64,000 nt of DNA, taken from positions 2,368,001 to 2,432,000 of the forward strand of contig CBDBCF010000001.1 in assembly GCA_965202985.1 (NCBI GenBank). The letters run 5' to 3'. Both the position numbers and the translations under genes were made by a program. This stretch comes from Longimicrobiales bacterium (GTDB lineage Bacteria > Gemmatimonadota > Gemmatimonadetes > Longimicrobiales > Gaopeijiaceae). Below the pieces are notes generated by a model. The model was not told the DNA's origin. It was given only the letters and a program-made list of their open reading frames with translations, and did not search any database. Positions 58,507 to 64,000 of this stretch are shown piece by piece (within the stretch, counting starts at the first letter, position 1; each line of letters starts with the position of its first letter).

Positions 58507-61485
58507 GTGACTGCCCGCCGGATCGACGAGGGGGCCGTCGCGCAGTTTCCGATGGTCCGGCACGCGCAGGAGGTCGGCTGGACGCCGCTGGAGCCCAAGG
58601 TGGCCACCGCCAAGCGGGGAGGTCGGGACGGCGCCTTCTTCCGCGACGAGCTTGAAGTCGCCATCCGTCGCTTCAACCCTTGGCTGACCCCTGACGCCGT
58701 CCGGTCCGTCGTGGAGAGGATCGAGGCCACGCCGCCGACGGTCGAGGGGAACCGCCAGATGCTGGGCTGGATGCGCGGGGAAAGGCAATGGTACGACGAG
58801 ACGGAGAGGCGGCAGCGGTTCGTGCGGCTGATCGACTTCGACGAACCGAACGCCAACGTCCTTCACGTCACGTGGGAGTGGTCGATCAAGCCGCCTGCCC
58901 GGCGTCGGGGAGCGCGGGCGGACCTCATGTTCGTCGTCAACGGGTTGCCCGTGGCGATCGTGGAGAACAAGAACCCGAAGCAGGCCGACGCCATCGAGCG
59001 GGGCCTGAATCAGCTGAAGCGGTACGAAGCGAGCACGCCGGAGCTGGTCGGCTCGGCCCAGCTCTTCAACGTCACGCACATGCTGGACTACTGGTACGGG
59101 GTCACGTGGAACCTGTCGCGCCGCTTCATGGCGCGCTGGAAGGAATCGTCCGGCGGCAAGGGCAAGCGCGGCTTCGACGACAGCTACCGCTTCGCCGTTC
59201 AGTCCTTCTTCGAGCCGACGGACTTCCTGCGGACGCTCCGCGACTGGATTCTGTTCTACGTCGAGGACGGCGAGACGCGGAAAACGGTGTTGCGACAGCA
59301 CCAGCGCCGGGCCGCGGCGCGCGTGGTCGAACGATGCGCCGAGCCGAGGAAGCGACGGGGTCTGGTCTGGCACACCCAAGGTTCGGGCAAGACCTTCACG
59401 CTCCTCACGGCGGCCCGGCTGCTGCTCCAGGACCGTGCGCGCTTCCAATCGCCCACCGTCATTGTCGTGGTGGACCGGATCGACCTTGAGGGGCAGCTCC
59501 GAGAGTGGGTCGAGCGTCTGCTGGGCGAGATGCAGCAGCAGGACATCGCGGTGCACCAAGCCGGCTCCAAGGCCGAGCTGGCGGAGCTGCTCCGGACCGA
59601 CAGGCGCGGGCTGATCCTGTCGATGATCCACAAGTTCGAGGGGCTCGACAGGGACGCGAACACGCGCGACAGCGTCTTCGTCTTCATCGACGAGGCGCAC
59701 CGATCCGTCGCCCGCGACCTGGGCACCTACCTCATGGGCGCGGTGCCGAACGCCACCATCGTCGGCTTCACCGGCACGCCGATCGCCAAGACCGAGCACG
59801 GCCAGGGGACGTTCAAGATATTCGGGGTCGACGACGAGAAGGGCTATCTGCACAAGTACACGATCGCCGAGTCGATCGAGGACGAGACCACGCTCCCGAT
59901 CCGCCACGTCATGGCGCCCAGCGAGACGACCGTGCCGGCCCAGCAGCTGGACGACGAGTTCTTCGCCCTAGCCGCCGCAGAGGGCGTCACCGACGTAGAC
60001 GAGCTCAACAAGGTCCTGGACCACGCAGTCGGGCTGCGCGCCTTCCTGACGGCCGACGACCGCGTGGACAAGGTTGCGGCTTACGTCGCCCGCCACTTCC
60101 GCAAGAACGTGCAGCCTCTGGGGTACAAGGCATTCCTGGTCGGCGTGAACCGGGAGGCTTGCGCCAAGTACAAGCTGGCGCTCGACAAGCTGCTTCCGCC
60201 GGAGTGGACTGTGCCCGTCTACACCGAGAACCCCGACGACGTCGTGAAGCGGCCGATCGTCGCGGAGCTTCAGCTGTCGCGGGACCAAGAGGATGAAGCG
60301 CGGCTGATGTTCAAGAAGACGGGCGAGAACCCCAGAATCCTCGTCGTGACCGACAAGCTGCTCACGGGGTTCGACGCGCCGCTGCTGTACTGCATGTACC
60401 TGGACAAGCCCATGCGCGACCATGTGCTTCTGCAAGCGATTGCCCGCGTGAACCGGCCTCACGTGGACCCCGACACCGGCGCCCGCAAGCGGATCGGGCT
60501 CGTGGTGGACTTCGTGGGCGTGCTTCAGGCGCTGGAGAAGGCGCTGCGCTTCGAATCGGCCGACGTGAGCGGGGTCGTCGAGGGCATCGACGTGCTTCTT
60601 GGGGAGTTCCGGGACAAGCTGGCCCAAGCAGAGGCGAAGTACCTCTCCCCGGCGGCTGAGGGAGCCGCCGACGCTTGGCTGGAACAGCGCGTCTACGAGC
60701 AGCTTCGCGATCCGGCCGCGCGCAACGAGTTCTTCGATTCCTATAAGGAGATCGAGGCGCTGATGGAGATACTGTCGCCCTCCGACGAGCTGCGCGACCA
60801 CCTGGATTCCTACAAATTGCTGGCCGGCCTCTACGCGGCCACGCAGGTTGCGTACGCCCGCAAGGTGGACTACGTGGCCGACCTGGCCGCCAAGACGCGC
60901 GTCATGGTTCAGCGGAACGCGGTCACGGAAGGGCTGGGCCACGCCCCGCGAGCGGTCACCTTCGACCTGAAGACGGTGGAGGCGCTACGGGGCGGGCCGG
61001 AGCGCGACGAGGCCAAGGTGTTCAACTTGCTGCGCGGGATGCGGAGGGCGATCGACGACAACGCCGAGCTGGCCGCCGTCCTGTTGCCGTTGCAGGAGCG
61101 CGCCGAGCGCGTGCAGCACGACCTGGAGGCGCGCAGGATATCGTCGGTGGAAGCGTTCGAATTGCTCGCCGGGCTGGCCAAGGAAAAGGACGACGCGCTT
61201 GTCGCGGCAGAGGAGAGCGGGCTGTCCGCGAGAGCCTTCGGAGTCTACTGGGAGCTGCGGAACGAGTCGTCCCTGACGAAGGTGGGAATGTCGGCCATGG
61301 AGCTGGCCCGCTTGGCCGACGACCTGCTGGTCCGCTTTCCCAGTGCGAAGCGCAGCGTGCAGGAGAACCGCTTGTTGAGGGGACACTTGTACAGTCCGCT
61401 GCTCAAGCTGACCGTCGGCGATCGCAAGCGACTCGTGGACCGCATCATGGACCTCGTGCTGGGCGTGTCCGGTGACGACGACTGA
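58507..61485 (+). CDS. hsdR: Type I restriction endonuclease subunit R
   Basis: [57 protein letters not shown]. Confidence 0.95.
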   Translation: MTARRIDEGAVAQFPMVRHAQEVGWTPLEPKVATAKRGGRDGAFFRDELEVAIRRFNPWLTPDAVRSVVERIEATPPTVEGNRQMLGWMRGERQWYDETERRQRFVRLIDFDEPNANVLHVTWEWSIKPPARRRGARADLMFVVNGLPVAIVENKNPKQADAIERGLNQLKRYEASTPELVGSAQLFNVTHMLDYWYGVTWNLSRRFMARWKESSGGKGKRGFDDSYRFAVQSFFEPTDFLRTLRDWILFYVEDGETRKTVLRQHQRRAAARVVERCAEPRKRRGLVWHTQGSGKTFTLLTAARLLLQDRARFQSPTVIVVVDRIDLEGQLREWVERLLGEMQQQDIAVHQAGSKAELAELLRTDRRGLILSMIHKFEGLDRDANTRDSVFVFIDEAHRSVARDLGTYLMGAVPNATIVGFTGTPIAKTEHGQGTFKIFGVDDEKGYLHKYTIAESIEDETTLPIRHVMAPSETTVPAQQLDDEFFALAAAEGVTDVDELNKVLDHAVGLRAFLTADDRVDKVAAYVARHFRKNVQPLGYKAFLVGVNREACAKYKLALDKLLPPEWTVPVYTENPDDVVKRPIVAELQLSRDQEDEARLMFKKTGENPRILVVTDKLLTGFDAPLLYCMYLDKPMRDHVLLQAIARVNRPHVDPDTGARKRIGLVVDFVGVLQALEKALRFESADVSGVVEGIDVLLGEFRDKLAQAEAKYLSPAAEGAADAWLEQRVYEQLRDPAARNEFFDSYKEIEALMEILSPSDELRDHLDSYKLLAGLYAATQVAYARKVDYVADLAAKTRVMVQRNAVTEGLGHAPRAVTFDLKTVEALRGGPERDEAKVFNLLRGMRRAIDDNAELAAVLLPLQERAERVQHDLEARRISSVEAFELLAGLAKEKDDALVAAEESGLSARAFGVYWELRNESSLTKVGMSAMELARLADDLLVRFPSAKRSVQENRLLRGHLYSPLLKLTVGDRKRLVDRIMDLVLGVSGDDD

Positions 61486-61798
61486 CGCCCTCCGCAGCCG
61501 CGTACATTCGTGGGCAACCCGCCTCGACGTGCAACCCAAGTCGATTCGGATTCGACGGATGACGCGGAAGTGGGGCTCCTGCTCCACGGCGGGCAACGTG
61601 ACGCTGGCCGCCGACTTGGCCGACCAGCCGCCGGGGTTCCAGGACTTCGTGGTCGCTCACGAACTGCTCCACCTCCGGGTGCCCAACCACAGCAAGCTGT
61701 TCAAGGCGCTGATGACGGCCTACGTGCCCGACTGGCGAGAGCACGACCTCCGGCGGCGGGGGCCGACTTGCGCTCTCGGACGCGACGCATCACGTTGA
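61472..61798 (+). CDS. Minimal YgjP/M48-like metal-dependent hydrolase
   Basis: [21 protein letters not shown]; typical position after hsdR. Confidence 0.85.
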   Translation: MTTTDALRSRVHSWATRLDVQPKSIRIRRMTRKWGSCSTAGNVTLAADLADQPPGFQDFVVAHELLHLRVPNHSKLFKALMTAYVPDWREHDLRRRGPTCALGRDASR

Positions 61799-61961
61799 AC
61801 CAACTCGGTGCGCCGGGCATAGGAAGGAGGCGTTTCGGCAGCGAAGCCGTCGGCCGGGGACAGGACATGGCGCCGTTCCCGCCCAGCCAAACAGGGCGAT
61901 TCGTTGCTCGTCGCAACGAGTTGCGATGCTAGAACCTGTGAATTTCCTGCGGAACTTCGGG

Positions 61962-62810
61962 CTAGCGCTTCGGCATAACCTTGAAGAGATGACCGGAAGG
62001 ACCCAGCAGATACGCAAGTCGCCGTCTGGCCGAGACCGGCAGCAGGGGTCCAAGCAATCGGTATCCGGTGTAGTAGAAGGGTACCGGCCGTTCCTGGATC
62101 ACGGTCCACCCGTTCCGGACAAAGTGGGCGCGCCACCAAGCGGGGCGAAGGAACCACGGTTCGGTGAAGGCGTTGCCGCGCACTCCGACGGATTGGGGCC
62201 CTATGCATCTCCGCAAGACCTCGGCCGTTGCGCGCCTCGCGGGCGGGGCGAACGGCGGGGCGGGATGATGGGACGCCGGAGCGTCTTCGCGCCGCATCAG
62301 TCGTTCCATGGCCGATTTGAGCACGAACAACTGATAGAACACGAGACGCCAGATGCCCCAGAAGTGAGTCGGAACGACATGGACGCACGAACCGCCGGGC
62401 CGAAGGATCCGCGCCAGTTCTCGGTGCAGGGCGCGGGGGTCCGCGACGCACGGCATCACCATGCTGGACAGTGCGACGTCGAACGACTTGTCGGCGAACG
62501 GCAATCGGCGACCATCGTACTGCATGACGTCGGCAAACATTCCGGGCGCGTGACAGGAGCTCGGAAGGTCCACGGAAACCACGGGGTAGCCTCGTTGGCT
62601 CAGAAGGTGCGCTTGGTAGCCCGTGCCGCCGCCGATCTCGACAATCCGCGTCCCGTGGGGTATGGACTTCACGATCTCCGACAGCTCGAACCGCCGGACC
62701 CAATGGAGATAGTCGACAAACCAGCGCGCGTTCCAGTCGATGGGCCGCAGCAAGGCGGCACGGTTCACGTGCCCGATCCCCCCGACGGGCCGGACCGATC
62801 TTCGAACCAC
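61962..62810 (-). CDS. Class I SAM-dependent methyltransferase
   Basis: VEIGGGTG, LPFADKSFD, RILRPGG. True start may be GTG near 62768. Confidence 0.8.
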   Translation of the reverse strand: MVRRSVRPVGGIGHVNRAALLRPIDWNARWFVDYLHWVRRFELSEIVKSIPHGTRIVEIGGGTGYQAHLLSQRGYPVVSVDLPSSCHAPGMFADVMQYDGRRLPFADKSFDVALSSMVMPCVADPRALHRELARILRPGGSCVHVVPTHFWGIWRLVFYQLFVLKSAMERLMRREDAPASHHPAPPFAPPARRATAEVLRRCIGPQSVGVRGNAFTEPWFLRPAWWRAHFVRNGWTVIQERPVPFYYTGYRLLGPLLPVSARRRLAYLLGPSGHLFKVMPKR

Positions 62811-62857
62811 GAACGGAATTCCGTCAGCGTCATCGGCACGAAGCGCGAGTCGACGCA

Positions 62858-62997
62858 GTGGAGAATCCCCAACACCGCCTTGAAGAAGCGTCGGGCCGGC
62901 ACCGGAGGCCGCCCTCGGTGCCCCTTCGGCCTGGACTCACCGGGAAAGTGGTGGCGAATTCGCTCCCACTGCTTTCGCTCAGCTTCACGTGCATCAT
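62858..62997 (-). mobile_element. IS5-family transposase N-terminal remnant (frameshifted, truncated)
   Basis: MMHVKLSE/(frameshift)/QWERIRHHFPGESRPKGHRGRPPVPARRFFKAVLGILH resembles the IS5 N-terminal pattern L(T/S)xxQW..I...P.....GRP....R....AVL.IL. Confidence 0.6.
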
Positions 62998-63069
62998 GCC
63001 TAAAGGTACCCAATTCCACGCTGCCCGGCAACCACCCTATTTGAGCCGCACCGGTCCCGCCTGTGGAAT

Positions 63070-63739
63070 CCGTGCTGTCCGAGCAGGTCGCGCGTTTCGC
63101 ACTCGGAGAAGTCGCCCAAGCGCAGGGACTCGGCCTTGATGCTGAAGGCGCTGCCGCCCGCAACCATCGTCTTCGCCGAACTGGAGTAGATGCGATAGTC
63201 GCGCACGTCCCGGACGCCGCACAGGACAACGCTTTGTGGGAACCGCTCGGGTCGGTGGGGATAGTCTGCCCGAAGCTGACGCAGCACCGACAGAAGGGTG
63301 TCGCCGACCAGCGAGTCGATTTCGTCGATCAGCAGCACCAGGGGCTTCTCGTTCGTCTTGGCCCAGCGGGACAGGGCCTCGCCAAAGCTGCCAGGGCCGT
63401 ACTCGGAAAAGATGCTGGACCAGTTGGCCGCCATGAAGCGATCTCCTGTCGCACTGGCCTGACGGGCAAGCTGACCCGAGTCGCACGCTCCACGTCTTCG
63501 CGCATCGCTTGTCCGGCTTCGACGTTGAAGTGGACGCAGCGGTAGTTGCCCTCGGCGTTGAGCAGGTCCTGGAGCGCCAGCATGGCGGACGTCTTGCCGG
63601 TCTGCCGGGAGGCGTGGAGCACGAAGTAGCGCTGCCGGTCGATCAGCAGCCGGAGTTCAGCGAGATCGAGCCTGGCCAGCGGCGGAATGCGGTAGTGGTC
63701 CTTCGCCGTCACGGGGCCGGACGTGTTGAAGAAGCGCAT
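63070..63739 (-). pseudogene. AAA-like ATPase pseudogene (frameshift near 63472, truncated near 63070)
   Basis: MRFFNTSGPV...HASRQTGKTS in one frame; LLIDEIDSL...CGVRDVRDY...AESLRLGDF in another; C-terminal half missing. Confidence 0.8.
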
Positions 63740-63756
63740 TCTCTCGATCGGCAAGA

Positions 63757-64000
63757 TCACATCCCCCAGACTGCGATCTCGGCGCCGCTCTCGGCGGTGC
63801 GGACGTCGCGGAACACCTTTTCGTCCCAACTGCGTTCTTTGTTCCGATCGAAGACGACCAAGTGTCCGGCCTCGGTGCCGCAGCGGTCCATGTACGCCGC
63901 CGTCTGCTCCACGCCATCGACCACGGTGCGGTCCAGGCCCCGGCGCTCGCGGCGAACCTTGCACTCGACCACGTACTTGCGCGTCCGCTTGCCGTCGCCC
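63757..64000 (-). CDS. C-terminus of an AAA ATPase / PD-(D/E)XK nuclease-like protein (partial)
   Basis: YVVECK...GVEQTAAYMDRCG...GHLVVFDR...VWGM. Confidence 0.75.
   Translation of the reverse strand, partial: GDGKRTRKYVVECKVRRERRGLDRTVVDGVEQTAAYMDRCGTEAGHLVVFDRNKERSWDEKVFRDVRTAESGAEIAVWGM

Noticed and set aside
61926..63044. 372-aa plus-strand ORF
   Set aside because: Antisense to the motif-bearing methyltransferase and the IS remnant, with no recognisable motifs of its own.

Overview
High-GC bacterial window. The gene repertoire (propeller lipoproteins, VPS10-like hydrolase, S9 peptidase, carboxypeptidase-regulatory/plug protein) suggests Gemmatimonadota, but this is inference only. From left to right it holds: (1) a translationally coupled minus-strand operon (<1-7548) with a TRAFAC-type GTPase, a GAP1-like partner and four membrane or secreted unknowns, resembling a GTPase-centred conflict system; (2) housekeeping and secreted-enzyme genes interrupted by a lower-GC DUF262/GmrSD-type nuclease; (3) a complete quinohemoprotein amine dehydrogenase (CTQ) cluster qhpG-A-D-C-B-F-E, with a single-chain Type IIG R-M gene coupled to its 3' end; (4) an S9 peptidase, a stand-alone tRNA-Ile(GAT), NCS2 permease, TrmJ-like methyltransferase, MFS, tatA, acyl-CoA dehydrogenase, gcvH-gcvP, a lipoyl ligase, an ExbB/TolQ-like gene and a lytic transglycosylase; (5) a defence island (52287-61798): palindromic operator, frameshifted TIR, stand-alone SLOG, XRE-HTH/HsdM/half-HsdS fusion, Schlafen/AlbA-HATPase, an intergenic array of about 9 palindromic repeats, HsdR and mini-YgjP; (6) a decayed right end with a methyltransferase, an IS5 remnant and tandem AAA-ATPase paralogues. 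The strongest novelty candidates are the defence island with its repeat array and the GTPase/GAP1 membrane operon. All family calls come from motif recognition by eye; no database searches were run.
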